Below are positions 8,554 through 17,884 of a stretch of 64,000 bases of DNA, in pieces. The first letter of the stretch is position 1. The number at the start of each line of letters is the position of its first letter. The DNA is from a virus (Duplodnaviria; Caudoviricetes): IMG/VR virus record IMGVR_UViG_3300033475_000011, positions 1-64,000 of that record, one strand, 5' to 3'. The notes beneath the pieces are model-generated. The model did not search any database. It was not told where the DNA came from and saw nothing but the letters and a program-made list of their open reading frames with translations. The position numbers were made by a program, and so were the translations under genes.

Positions 8554-8991
8554 CTAGCGGGCAGCCTGCGTTGCAGCCACCGCCTCCTCATTCGCCGCCA
8601 TCAACGCTCGCTGCACCTCACCCAACTGCCCCATCACCCGGTCCCGCTCACGGCGAGCAGACACCACACGCTCATCCTCCGGGCCGTACAGGCGATGCAG
8701 ATCCAGCACCACATCCCCCAACCGCAGCGCCTCGTCATGCAGGCGGGCCCGCCGACCCGACAGGTCTTCAGCGTCGGCGTACGCCAGCTCCCGCCGTTCC
8801 ACCGCCCGCATCGACAACTCCCGCAACGCGGCATGCTCGCGCCGCAACCGGCGGGAATACGCCTCGCACGCCGCCCGATGCGCCTCCACCTGCGTCACGT
8901 CCATGGCCAGCACATCCACTACCGCCAGGTACTGCTCCCACTGGTCGTGGGTGCAGGTGTGCGGGTCGGGTAGCTGCACCGTGTCTGCCAT
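8554..8991 (-). CDS. coiled-coil hypothetical protein downstream of traB
   Basis: Helical composition; follows the TraB stop. Confidence 0.55.
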   Translation of the reverse strand: MADTVQLPDPHTCTHDQWEQYLAVVDVLAMDVTQVEAHRAACEAYSRRLRREHAALRELSMRAVERRELAYADAEDLSGRRARLHDEALRLGDVVLDLHRLYGPEDERVVSARRERDRVMGQLGEVQRALMAANEEAVAATQAAR

Positions 8992-9025
8992 GCGGGCCAC
9001 GATACGCGCCACCCAACCGCGACAC

Positions 9026-11242
9026 CTACATCTTGCTGTTCTTCTCCACCGCCGCCCGCAGCTCAACCAGCCGGTAAGCTTCACGTTTCTGCCCGTTGAT
9101 CCTCGGCCTCGGCTCCGCCCTGTACACCGTCACCGCCGCCAGGGCTTTGGAGATGCGCCGCCCACCGGCTGTGGCGTTGGTGGGCCACCCGAGCGTGCCG
9201 GCCAACTCGAGCAGATCCGTGGTCGGCACATACGGGCCATCTCCATAGAGCAGGTCCGAAGCAGCGATCGCCTCGAGCAGGACCCGCGTGTCTTCAGGCA
9301 GGGTGGGGTCGATCCGGCGGACCGGCTGCACCGGTTCAACCGCTGGGTCTGCGGCGTAGAGCGCTTCGAGATTGTCGATCTCCGACTGTCGCGGATCCGT
9401 CTCGGGCGTCTCGTCGCGTCCAGTGACGCCCTCGCCGACTGTCGTCGCCGCCGGCTGACCCGGCACGGTGCGGACCGGGTTCCGGCACAGCAAGTGCAGA
9501 AAGTCCTGCTGGCCCTGCCGCGTCCACCGTTCCGGATAGTAGGTGAGCGATTCAGCGGTCCATTCGTCGATCGGGCCACAGTACTGGGCGTGCTCCACCG
9601 CAGTCTCCCGGATCCTGTCCTGAGTCAAATACAGGCCCTTCGCGAGGACCGGGCGGGAATACCCAGCAAACTCCATGTACAGGGCACCCACCGGGAGGGA
9701 CTCCACGTTGATCCCTGCGGTCTGTGAGTTGAACACGGCGTTCGCGTCGATCGTGCCTGCAGCTTGGAACCCAGCCCGGTAGCTGACCTGGGATTTCATG
9801 TCTCCGCCTTCGGCCCCGAGCATCGACACGGTGCCGCGCTGCGCCAGGAACACCACATGCAGTCCCTCCGATCGACCCAGCCGGATCAGCTTCAATAGCA
9901 GTTGTGCGAATGTGGCGGTCGGGCCCTTGTAGTTGTCCGGGTCTGGGCAGTCGTCAAGGGGGAACCGTTCAGTCGAGTCCAGTAGGTCCGGCGATTCATC
10001 AATGAAGATCACGATCTCGGGGTTTTCGGGGGTGGCATGCCACTTGTCGTCCCCGGTGATGGCTGCGGATTCCTGACGGCGCCGGACCACGGCGATGCTG
10101 TCCATCAGCATCATCCAGCCCTCGTATACGTCGGCCGCCCACCAGTCGATCACTGGTCGATCCGCTTTGCCTTGGAGGAACGGTTGCAGCCATGGCGCGA
10201 ACGCTCGAACAGGTTTCTCCCCGCAGATCATCCACGTCACACAGTCGGTGGATCGGGTGGTCTCATATGCGTGAGCGTTCAGGAAGGTGGTCTTCCCGCC
10301 TGTTGTGCGCCCGGCGACCATGCCATGGGGGTTCTCATGAACGTCCCACCCTAAATTGGTGCCGTCCACCGACACCGCAACCTCGATCGGGTCGTGGATC
10401 GACCGCGGCCCCGCGCGGTGGGGAAGTTCGATCGTTTTCGCCAGCACATCACTGGTGGGCACGATCAGTTCGGACTGGTGCGCGGCGACCGGGTTGGGTT
10501 TGACCTGGATGGACCCGGGACGGATCGGGTATGGGGTGGATCCAGAGGCGATCTTCTCGATCTCCGGGACACGGGCTGCGAGCCCAGCCACGTCAGGGGC
10601 TTTCTTGCCGTGGTTCAATGCCAGCGCGAACCCGTTCGGGAATTTCCGTTCCCCATTGACCCACCCGTCGTCGTTCAGGTCGGTGTTCACAGTGAGGTCG
10701 GGGCAGCCAGCGTCGGCGAGGATCTGTTCAAAGTCGTGCCGCTTTGTCTCGGCCCGTTTCGCGGCCCGCTCAGCCATCTCCTTCGCGTTGCGTTTGTCGG
10801 TCTTCCATCGGCACGCCGCGTACACCGGTCCCAGCAGGGCTGTGCCCGCGAGCAATGCGCCCATGGATCCCCATGACCAGGGGGTGTCGTAGGCGGCCCA
10901 CGTCACCCATGCCCCCGAGGCGGCGGCGGTGCCCATGGCGAACTCGGTGATCCTGCGGCGCCCGAACCGCTGATGTGCCCAGAAGCCGGCCCCGATCACC
11001 GCCGCGGCACTGGCCCCAGCCACGGTGGGCCATGGTAGGTGCGCCAGGTGCACCAAAGCACCAGTCGCGAGAGTGGCTTCGTCGGCATATCCGGTGTGGT
11101 CGAAGCTTTTGGGTGGGGCGCTCGAGTGCAGGAAATGCCGCCGCAACGAATGCGCCTTCGTCGGCCCCGGGGCCCGCGGCGTGCGGGGCTTGGCGGCCTC
11201 GGGGACCGGGGTGGGGGTGGGCTGCTGGGTGGGCGCCGACAT
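9026..11242 (-). CDS. traB: FtsK/SpoIIIE-family DNA translocase, actinomycete TraB-like
   Basis: N-terminal TM helices; Walker A AGRTTGGKTT; Walker B IVIFIDES; LIRLGRSEG..AQR; C-terminal wHTH-like tail (RINGQKREAY). Confidence 0.85.
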   Translation of the reverse strand: MSAPTQQPTPTPVPEAAKPRTPRAPGPTKAHSLRRHFLHSSAPPKSFDHTGYADEATLATGALVHLAHLPWPTVAGASAAAVIGAGFWAHQRFGRRRITEFAMGTAAASGAWVTWAAYDTPWSWGSMGALLAGTALLGPVYAACRWKTDKRNAKEMAERAAKRAETKRHDFEQILADAGCPDLTVNTDLNDDGWVNGERKFPNGFALALNHGKKAPDVAGLAARVPEIEKIASGSTPYPIRPGSIQVKPNPVAAHQSELIVPTSDVLAKTIELPHRAGPRSIHDPIEVAVSVDGTNLGWDVHENPHGMVAGRTTGGKTTFLNAHAYETTRSTDCVTWMICGEKPVRAFAPWLQPFLQGKADRPVIDWWAADVYEGWMMLMDSIAVVRRRQESAAITGDDKWHATPENPEIVIFIDESPDLLDSTERFPLDDCPDPDNYKGPTATFAQLLLKLIRLGRSEGLHVVFLAQRGTVSMLGAEGGDMKSQVSYRAGFQAAGTIDANAVFNSQTAGINVESLPVGALYMEFAGYSRPVLAKGLYLTQDRIRETAVEHAQYCGPIDEWTAESLTYYPERWTRQGQQDFLHLLCRNPVRTVPGQPAATTVGEGVTGRDETPETDPRQSEIDNLEALYAADPAVEPVQPVRRIDPTLPEDTRVLLEAIAASDLLYGDGPYVPTTDLLELAGTLGWPTNATAGGRRISKALAAVTVYRAEPRPRINGQKREAYRLVELRAAVEKNSKM

Positions 11243-11311
11243 GGGGTCTTACTCCTCGACAGAGAGGGCGGCGGTCGACGCGAGTCCGGTCGACCGCCGC
11301 CCGGGGGTTGG

Positions 11312-12751
11312 TCACTGCTGGTTGGACTGCCAGTCGTAGCCGCGCTCGTTCTTCCGGGAGTTGTCCAGACGCTCATGGTCCTGGGCGTTCCGGCGATGCT
11401 GGTCCGACTGGATCAGTGAAGCTTCCTGCCCAACCTGGTTGGCCTGCTTCGACAGCTGCATCAGCCGCTCATACACCGCCGTCTCGTCCGGCATAGCCTC
11501 CAACTGGGCGTTGGCGGCCTGCTTCAGCCCATCTGCCAGGGCGGTGAAAGACCCGGCGATGTCACCCAGGTTGGCGTGCATGCCCTTGAGGTTGCCGATG
11601 TCGTGGCCGGGCTTGGCCATGGCCGCGGCGACCTGCTCAGCGGCGGCGGTGATGCTGCCTCCCCGGCCGCTACCGATCCCACCGCCGCGGGTGGGCACGA
11701 ATGGGGCGTTCGGCTTGCGACGCTCAGGCATCAAATGCTTTCCCACTGGTTGTTCCTTCCGATCTCTCTGTGTCGGGGTATCACGCACCGGTTTGCGCGC
11801 GTCCCGTAGATCCCTCTGCAGTTGTTTCTCGTCGGCCCTGCGTTGTTTCGCCGCGGCTTTGCGATCGGCTTTGGGTACGCGCGGCTCAGTGAAGCGATCC
11901 TTTGTCAGGTTCCCTCGCCCCCAACCAGGGCCTTGTTTGCCGTGGAGTCCCCATTTGAGCGGGTTCAAACGGCTCAGCCGCCCCTGTTTCCTACTCGGCT
12001 TTTTCGAGTTTGGCTGCTTGCGGTCGTTCTTGCTGTTGGTGCGGTTCTTGTTGCGGTTCCCGAGAAGGCGCCCCAACCCGCCCCGGGAACCGGTGCTCGA
12101 CGATCCACGGCTCCGCCCGCCACCGAGTCCTCCCCCGGTCGACCGTCGGCCGCGGCGTCCGAGAGGCCCGGTGCTGGAACCCCGCGACCCCGGGATCCGC
12201 GAAGACCGCGCCTTCGAACCGGTGGTTCCCGGACCCGTGCTCCTGCGGCCAAGACCCGGTATCCGCGATCGGCTGCCAGGTGTGCGCCCCCGGGACAGTG
12301 GGTTGCGCGTCTTGGCAGGTGTGGTTCCGCGGCCTGGGATGCCGGCCCCCCGGGACGGGTTTGCCCTGGATCCGGCGAGTTTGCGCATGAGCCCACCACC
12401 GGCACGGCTACCGCCAGCAGGGCGGCGTGACCCGATGGAGCCGATCCCCCCGTTTCGTCGCCCTCCGCCACCGATGACGCCGTTGCGGCTTGTTCGGGCA
12501 CCGAGCAGCCCGCCACGACTGTTACCGCTGCCACCTCGGCGCGTACTGCCGCGGCGTCGTTTCAAGGCCGCCGAACCCATCGCGCTGGCAGCAGTGGCGC
12601 CCCCGATCGCAGCCGCTGCCCCCCATCCGTAGGTGCCGACCGCGAACAGGGCCGCGTTCCCGCCGATCCCGGCGAGGTGCCCGGCCATGGAGGCACCCAT
12701 GGTCGGCTTGCCACGCGGCGCGGCTCGGTCAGGGGTTGGTGTGGTGGTCAT
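11312..12751 (-). CDS. transfer-region protein: TM hairpin, R/G/S-rich disordered middle, helical C-terminus
   Basis: Directly upstream of traB with RBS; low complexity. Confidence 0.7.
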   Translation of the reverse strand: MTTTPTPDRAAPRGKPTMGASMAGHLAGIGGNAALFAVGTYGWGAAAAIGGATAASAMGSAALKRRRGSTRRGGSGNSRGGLLGARTSRNGVIGGGGRRNGGIGSIGSRRPAGGSRAGGGLMRKLAGSRANPSRGAGIPGRGTTPAKTRNPLSRGRTPGSRSRIPGLGRRSTGPGTTGSKARSSRIPGSRGSSTGPLGRRGRRSTGGGLGGGRSRGSSSTGSRGGLGRLLGNRNKNRTNSKNDRKQPNSKKPSRKQGRLSRLNPLKWGLHGKQGPGWGRGNLTKDRFTEPRVPKADRKAAAKQRRADEKQLQRDLRDARKPVRDTPTQRDRKEQPVGKHLMPERRKPNAPFVPTRGGGIGSGRGGSITAAAEQVAAAMAKPGHDIGNLKGMHANLGDIAGSFTALADGLKQAANAQLEAMPDETAVYERLMQLSKQANQVGQEASLIQSDQHRRNAQDHERLDNSRKNERGYDWQSNQQ

Positions 12752-12753
12752 GG

Positions 12754-13056
12754 CTACATGTACTGGGGCTGGCTGGCGCGGTTGTACTGGCTGGCCTGTG
12801 CCTGGGTCTGCTGGCGTGCCTTTTCCAGTTCGGGCCGGGCAGCCCGGTAGTGGGCGCCGAAAGCGGTGTCAGCGGAGATGCGGGCCCCAGTGATGGCGCC
12901 CAGGATCTCGTCAGCCGCGTCGCTGTCCAGGATGGTGTCATCGGCCAGGAGGTAGTCGCTGGCCTGGGCTGCGATGACAGCGAACTGTTCGGCGATGGCT
13001 TTCCACCACTGGGCGGCTTGTAGGGGTGTGATGGTGGCGGGGTCTGGGCTGGTCAC
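12754..13056 (-). CDS. 100-aa helical protein of the transfer region
   Basis: GGAGG RBS; amphipathic helices. Confidence 0.7.
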   Translation of the reverse strand: MTSPDPATITPLQAAQWWKAIAEQFAVIAAQASDYLLADDTILDSDAADEILGAITGARISADTAFGAHYRAARPELEKARQQTQAQASQYNRASQPQYM

Positions 13057-13096
13057 TGTTTCCTCCGGTTGTCGCTTTCTGTGATCGGCGTGGGTT

Positions 13097-13322
13097 GGGT
13101 GGTCATGATGGGCACGATGGCCGTGGGGATAGGTGTCGGAGCGTGTTTCCGCTGGTGATCAGCTTCGGGGACTGTTCGGCTGGTTTGGGTGGTCATCATG
13201 ACCAAACCGGCGATCTTGTCGTGTTTCCGCAGGTCAACAGTGGTGGTCATGATGGGCAGGCATCCTGACCAACTGCCCATGATGGGCACCCGGGTGGTCA
13301 GGTACGGATGGACATCATGACC
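13097..13322. repeat. cluster of GGTGGTCA(T)/CATGATGGGCA direct repeats
   Basis: Full or partial copies near 13097, 13187, 13242, 13278, 13292 and 13313; overlaps possible ORF 13053..13328 with PIMTT repeats. Confidence 0.7.
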
Positions 13323-13339
13323 AGTCACCGTCAGTCACC

Positions 13340-13525
13340 TCACGTCGTGACGTTCGCGGCGAACGACGCGCCCGCGGACACGATGGATTCGCCCCATCCG
13401 ATGACGGTGGTGACGAGGTCAGCGGCGGTGTGCCCTGCCCGCGAGGGGCTGGAGATGACCCACGCCACCAGACCGATGACGACGATCCAAAACACGATGC
13501 GGGAGAGCGGCCAGTTCGCGGTCAC
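13340..13525 (-). CDS. small membrane protein (Spd-like)
   Basis: One TM helix; GTGA overlap. Confidence 0.65.
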   Translation of the reverse strand: MTANWPLSRIVFWIVVIGLVAWVISSPSRAGHTAADLVTTVIGWGESIVSAGASFAANVTT

Positions 13526-14757
13526 GATGGATTCCCTTCGGGATTAGCGCATTCCCGCCAAGTGCGGGACACGGTGGTACGGGACGTGTTGAGGTCGCGT
13601 GCGATCGCCGCGAAATCAACCTGATCGGGATCTGTGGTTTCGCCCGCGTCCACCCGGCGCGCGTATTCGGCCCGGATCCGGTCGCGTGCGGTCTGTGTGC
13701 GCACTGCCCTCTTCAGGGCCGTGCCGCGGCGCTTGGAGCCCGTGCGCTGAGCCTTCCGTGCACGCTTCGCGACAGGCTTCGAGCCCGTATCTGGGGTGCG
13801 TGCGTTCGTGTCGTCGGGACGCGTGCGCGGCTCAGCGTTTCCGCTGGTCGCATCGTGCGCACGCGCCTTCTCAGACCAGCGCTGCAAGTCCTGTTCGAAC
13901 CCGTGCTCGTCATCGAGGTAGTGGAGGAAAGCAGCAACCTCGCTGTGCACGCTGCCGTCGTCACCTCGAACAGCGGTCAACACACCCCCGTGCGGGGCAT
14001 CGTCGGGGTTGTCGGGCGCACGCTCTTGTGGGCGGTCGGCAGCGGTGTCTTCAGGGGGTGTTCGCACGGTGTCGGCGGTACGTGCCGTGTAGCGCTTCTG
14101 CACCCGTGCACGTAGCGGTGCGGACGCGATGAACCACGCCGCCGAATACCGGATGCCGCGGTAGGTGCGCCACACCCAGATCGTGCGTGCCGCCGTCAAC
14201 GGATGCACCCCGTGGTCCAGCACCATCAGCCCGGCCGTGCGGAACACGCGCCCGATCGCAGACCAACGGATCTCCGTCTCTACCCTCGCCTCAGCGAGCG
14301 TGCGCCCTGTCTTGAGGTGGCGGACCCACAGCACGAACAGGTGCACGGTGTAGGGCAGCGCGACCGACAGGCCACCAGTGACGACACCGCCCATGAGGTC
14401 GCCGTTGAGCACGGTGGCGTGGACCCAGTTCACGACCGCGCTGATCGACGCGAACAGCCACATCGCCCGCACCCACGTCCCGGCAGGGCGGTTGAGGACG
14501 ATCAACACCACGGCCATGAGAGTGCACATCCACACGATTGACTCGGTGGCGATCGGCGTGAACGTCGCCAGGTCCAGCTTCCAGGGGAGCGGGGAGAGGT
14601 CGACGGTCTTGGTGACCATCTTCGCGCGGTAGAACCCGATCTGGGTACCAACCACGACGACAGCGATGACACCTGTGCCGGCGAGGACGAGTAGCGCGAC
14701 GGTGAGCGTGAGTAGCCCGACAGCGAGGCGGTGACCGAAGCTGGACGGCCGGTTCAT
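13522..14757 (-). CDS. DUF2637-like multi-TM plasmid spread protein with C-terminal HTH
   Basis: Four TM helices, ISAVVNWVH, C-terminal FAAIARDLNTSRTTVSR. Confidence 0.75.
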   Translation of the reverse strand: MNRPSSFGHRLAVGLLTLTVALLVLAGTGVIAVVVVGTQIGFYRAKMVTKTVDLSPLPWKLDLATFTPIATESIVWMCTLMAVVLIVLNRPAGTWVRAMWLFASISAVVNWVHATVLNGDLMGGVVTGGLSVALPYTVHLFVLWVRHLKTGRTLAEARVETEIRWSAIGRVFRTAGLMVLDHGVHPLTAARTIWVWRTYRGIRYSAAWFIASAPLRARVQKRYTARTADTVRTPPEDTAADRPQERAPDNPDDAPHGGVLTAVRGDDGSVHSEVAAFLHYLDDEHGFEQDLQRWSEKARAHDATSGNAEPRTRPDDTNARTPDTGSKPVAKRARKAQRTGSKRRGTALKRAVRTQTARDRIRAEYARRVDAGETTDPDQVDFAAIARDLNTSRTTVSRTWRECANPEGNPS

Positions 14758-14945
14758 GGCGCCGTGTCCTCCTCTGCCTTCTTCGGGGCCCATCGTTGGA
14801 CGGTGGTGCGGGGGATGCCTGTCTCTGCTGCGATGGCGTTGAGGGACATGTCCCGGTTACGGAGTTCCTGGATCAGGGTTGGTGCTGTGTCGCGTCCCGC
14901 CCCGAGGTGGCGGAGTCTGTCCAGTAGGTCTTCTGTGGACAGCAT
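14754..14945 (-). CDS. small HTH regulator heading the transfer operon
   Basis: MSLNAIAAETGIPRTTVQRW; ATGA overlap. Confidence 0.75.
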   Translation of the reverse strand: MLSTEDLLDRLRHLGAGRDTAPTLIQELRNRDMSLNAIAAETGIPRTTVQRWAPKKAEEDTAP

Positions 14946-15267
14946 GGTGTGGTCCTCTTCGGGGTTGGGTTGCATGTGGTGATGGTGCCACTACTGGCCC
15001 ATTTCGGGCCACCTCGAATAGGGCGTGAAAACCGACCCGTGCGGGTTGGTTTTAGGTACCTGATCAGCGGTTTTCTGCCGTAAAAATTGGTGTCAAATTC
15101 GTGCCCGTTCGGCCTAGAACCCCAAGCGGCACACCGGAAACCAGCCCGTCGACCATGTCTTGTCGCTACCGGGTGTTATCGTCGGGGCAATGGAAAGGCC
15201 CCGGGAGGCGGACCATCCAACCGCCTGCTACCGGGGCCAATCAAACCGCTAGATAGGAGCGGCTGGA

Positions 15268-15438
15268 ATGAATGATAGCGGAACAAAGATGGGCTCGGTC
15301 CGCTGCGCTTCGTGCGAGCACGAGCCGGGGTTCCATCACGAAGACGGCTGCTGGTTCGGCGTCGCGCAAGGACGCGTGGGAAGCAACCTCGTTTGTCCGT
15401 GCGATGTTACGGCAGCCGAATTCGCGGATGAGTCGTGA
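15268..15438 (+). CDS. 56-aa Cys/His metal-binding protein
   Basis: RCASCEHEPGFHHEDGC...CPC; AGGAG RBS; read manually. Confidence 0.55.
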   Translation: MNDSGTKMGSVRCASCEHEPGFHHEDGCWFGVAQGRVGSNLVCPCDVTAAEFADES

Positions 15439-15532
15439 TGGGGTCTGTTGTGCTTCAGGGGTCTCTGTCTCTCTCGGATGAGGTGGATGACTGGATCACA
15501 GTGCCGGCGCCCGTGGCTACTGAGGAGGCAGC

Positions 15533-15925
15533 GTGAGCCTGTTGGTTGGCGCACTCTTGGCGCACTTGGTAGGGGATTACCTGATTCAGAGCGACTGGAT
15601 GGCGAACGAGAAGACGAAGCGCTGGTGGCCTGCGATCGCACACGCGCTCACCTACGGATTGCCGTTCCTGCTTGTCACCCAGTCACCGTTGGCGTTGGCT
15701 GTCATCGTCGTCACGCATGCCGTGATTGACCACTACCGGTTGGCGCGGCATGTGGTGTGGGCGAAGAACTTCCTCGCTCCCCGCTCCTACTGGCATCCGT
15801 GGGAGGAGTGCAAGGCCACGGGCTATCACCAGGACCGCCCGGCGTGGATGGCTGTTTGGCTGATGATCATCGCTGACAACACCCTTCACATGCTGATCAA
15901 TGTGGCGGCGGTGGTGTGGCTGTGA
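15533..15925 (+). CDS. DUF3307-like membrane protein
   Basis: LLAHLVGDYLIQSDWMA...H..THAVIDH...DNTLH. Confidence 0.85.
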   Translation: MSLLVGALLAHLVGDYLIQSDWMANEKTKRWWPAIAHALTYGLPFLLVTQSPLALAVIVVTHAVIDHYRLARHVVWAKNFLAPRSYWHPWEECKATGYHQDRPAWMAVWLMIIADNTLHMLINVAAVVWL

Positions 15926-16113
15926 TCCCCGCAGCGACCCGTCTCCCGGTCGTCCCCGAGCGCGAGGCCCGGGGCTTGTTCTGGTTCGTGGTCGCGTTCT
16001 CCCTCGTCGCGTCTTATGCGGTGAGGGATCCGTGGATCACGGGTGCGGAGTGGATCGCGGTGATCGGGTTGACGGGTAGGCCGTGGAACCCCTACGAGGA
16101 GGAGGTGCGCTGA
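15922..16113 (+). CDS. small membrane protein
   Basis: GTGA overlap; hydrophobic. Confidence 0.5.
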   Translation: MIPAATRLPVVPEREARGLFWFVVAFSLVASYAVRDPWITGAEWIAVIGLTGRPWNPYEEEVR

Positions 16114-16316
16114 TGGCAGTGGTCATGGAGTGCGACAGGGACGGCTGCCCGTCCCGCAAGGACGCCCGGTCCAAGTCGACAGGCTGGATCCAGGTGTACC
16201 TGATGGACAACGACAGCGAGGACGGGGAGGACGACCCGACGCTGTTCTGCTCGTCCGACTGCCTGTTGCAGCACTTCGCCCGCTTCGAGGTACCGGAGAC
16301 GATCCCCCATGACTGA
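16113..16316 (+). CDS. small Zn-binding protein
   Basis: CDRDGC...FCSSDCL. Confidence 0.55.
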   Translation: MAVVMECDRDGCPSRKDARSKSTGWIQVYLMDNDSEDGEDDPTLFCSSDCLLQHFARFEVPETIPHD

Positions 16317-16704
16317 GTCATCTGGACCGTTCACTGTCGGGACACGCATCTACTGGATCCATGAGGCCAAGTACCCCGCGTTCATGGCCATCACGTTGTT
16401 CGACTACATCTACAACGGAGTGGTGATGTCGACCGGCCCGGCCGTAACCCAGGTGTGGAACGACAACGACAGCAACCCGCGTGACCATCATGCGTTGACG
16501 TTCGCCAACGACAAGATCTGGGCCGATCGCGAGACCCCTGCCCAAATCATCCGGGACAAGAGGCGCGAGGAGAAGGAGCTGCGGCGCGAGGCTGAGGCGT
16601 GGATGGCCAAGGATGACGCTGAACGGGCTGCGGAAAAGGTCCCGTTCGCACCTGGCGGCATCGTGCCTACCCTGAAGCGCCGCCGCTGGTTCACCTGGAT
16701 GTGA
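16309..16704 (+). CDS. hypothetical protein
   Basis: Coupled chain. Confidence 0.55.
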   Translation: MTESSGPFTVGTRIYWIHEAKYPAFMAITLFDYIYNGVVMSTGPAVTQVWNDNDSNPRDHHALTFANDKIWADRETPAQIIRDKRREEKELRREAEAWMAKDDAERAAEKVPFAPGGIVPTLKRRRWFTWM

Positions 16705-16811
16705 TTGTGGCCCCCGGGGCTCTCCCAAACCCCGAGGGCCACTAGCCCCCCGACTGATCGACTCCACGCACGATCTGTGACCACTGTAGTCCATGTGGGT
16801 GGGAGTCGATC

Positions 16812-17678
16812 GTGCAACACGAATGCGGAGTGTCACATTGCGGTATCGGGACCCAAGACCGGATCTGCGGGGTCCATACCCGGGAGTTGACGGGGGCGTT
16901 GCGGGCGCTGTGTGTGGAGCACAGTGGGGGATCCTCCCTGCTTGAGGAGCTGGATATGGTGATCACTAGGCAGGCGAAGATCGTGGGCGCACCCATCGGC
17001 ATCGTGGTGCGTAGCGGTGAAACTCGCCTCCCCTACCACGACCCAGCTAGCGATCTCAGGATCGAGGTATACCGGGAGTTAGCGACCTGGGGTGTCGTGA
17101 TGCTCCGGGAAAACCCGCACCTTGACCGTGTGCAACGCACCCCCATAGCGACCGGAGAGTGGCTGGCCTACAAACCAGGCTTGCTCGCCAACCTGCCCGG
17201 GGTGGAGTCGCTGCACGCCAACCTCGTCCGCCTGCGGCGGGACATCGAACGCATGATTGACCGGCCGGCGACCACCGTCATGCTCGGCATCTGCTCCACG
17301 GTCCTGGAGGACGGCACAGGGTGCCCGAAGCACCTGTACGCGGTGTTGGATGACGAGAACCGTCCCCCGGCGTGGATCCGTTGCCCGCAGTGTGGAGCGG
17401 AGCATGAGGTGTTGGCGAGGCAACAGGCGTTGGTGGCTCAGGGACGTTTGACGGTCGGCACCGCCGCCGAAGTCTCCCGTGTACTGGGGAAGATCGGGAT
17501 CATCATCCCTGCTTCCACGATCCGGTCCTGGGCGCAGAAACGTATCTCCCGGGGCAAGGTGATCGAGCCCCGCATCAAGGCCGTGGAGGCGTCCGCTGAG
17601 TGGCATCCGCTGTACCGGATCGATGATGTGCTGGGGGCGTATTTGAAGGGCTTGGAGAAGAAGGGGAAGGCAGCATGA
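16812..17678 (+). CDS. Zn-binding/HTH actinophage protein (possible late-gene regulator)
   Basis: Cys clusters plus C-terminal HTH ASTIRSWAQK...YRIDDV. Confidence 0.7.
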   Translation: MQHECGVSHCGIGTQDRICGVHTRELTGALRALCVEHSGGSSLLEELDMVITRQAKIVGAPIGIVVRSGETRLPYHDPASDLRIEVYRELATWGVVMLRENPHLDRVQRTPIATGEWLAYKPGLLANLPGVESLHANLVRLRRDIERMIDRPATTVMLGICSTVLEDGTGCPKHLYAVLDDENRPPAWIRCPQCGAEHEVLARQQALVAQGRLTVGTAAEVSRVLGKIGIIIPASTIRSWAQKRISRGKVIEPRIKAVEASAEWHPLYRIDDVLGAYLKGLEKKGKAA

Positions 17679-17884
17679 CTGAAGACGAGAAGCGCGAGGT
17701 CCTCGGGAAATACCTCGAGCGCCTGGCTGCCGAACTACGGCATGCACGCTGGGAGAAGATCGAATTCGAGGTCGATGAGGACAACTGTCTGCGTGAAGAT
17801 CCGTTCACGCTCGACCTCGTTGACACGGGTGACAGGGACATCAAGATCAGCATGAAGCTTCGGGGGGCGACCGACCGTGGATGA
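17675..17884 (+). CDS. hypothetical protein
   Basis: ATGA overlap. Confidence 0.55.
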   Translation: MTEDEKREVLGKYLERLAAELRHARWEKIEFEVDEDNCLREDPFTLDLVDTGDRDIKISMKLRGATDRG

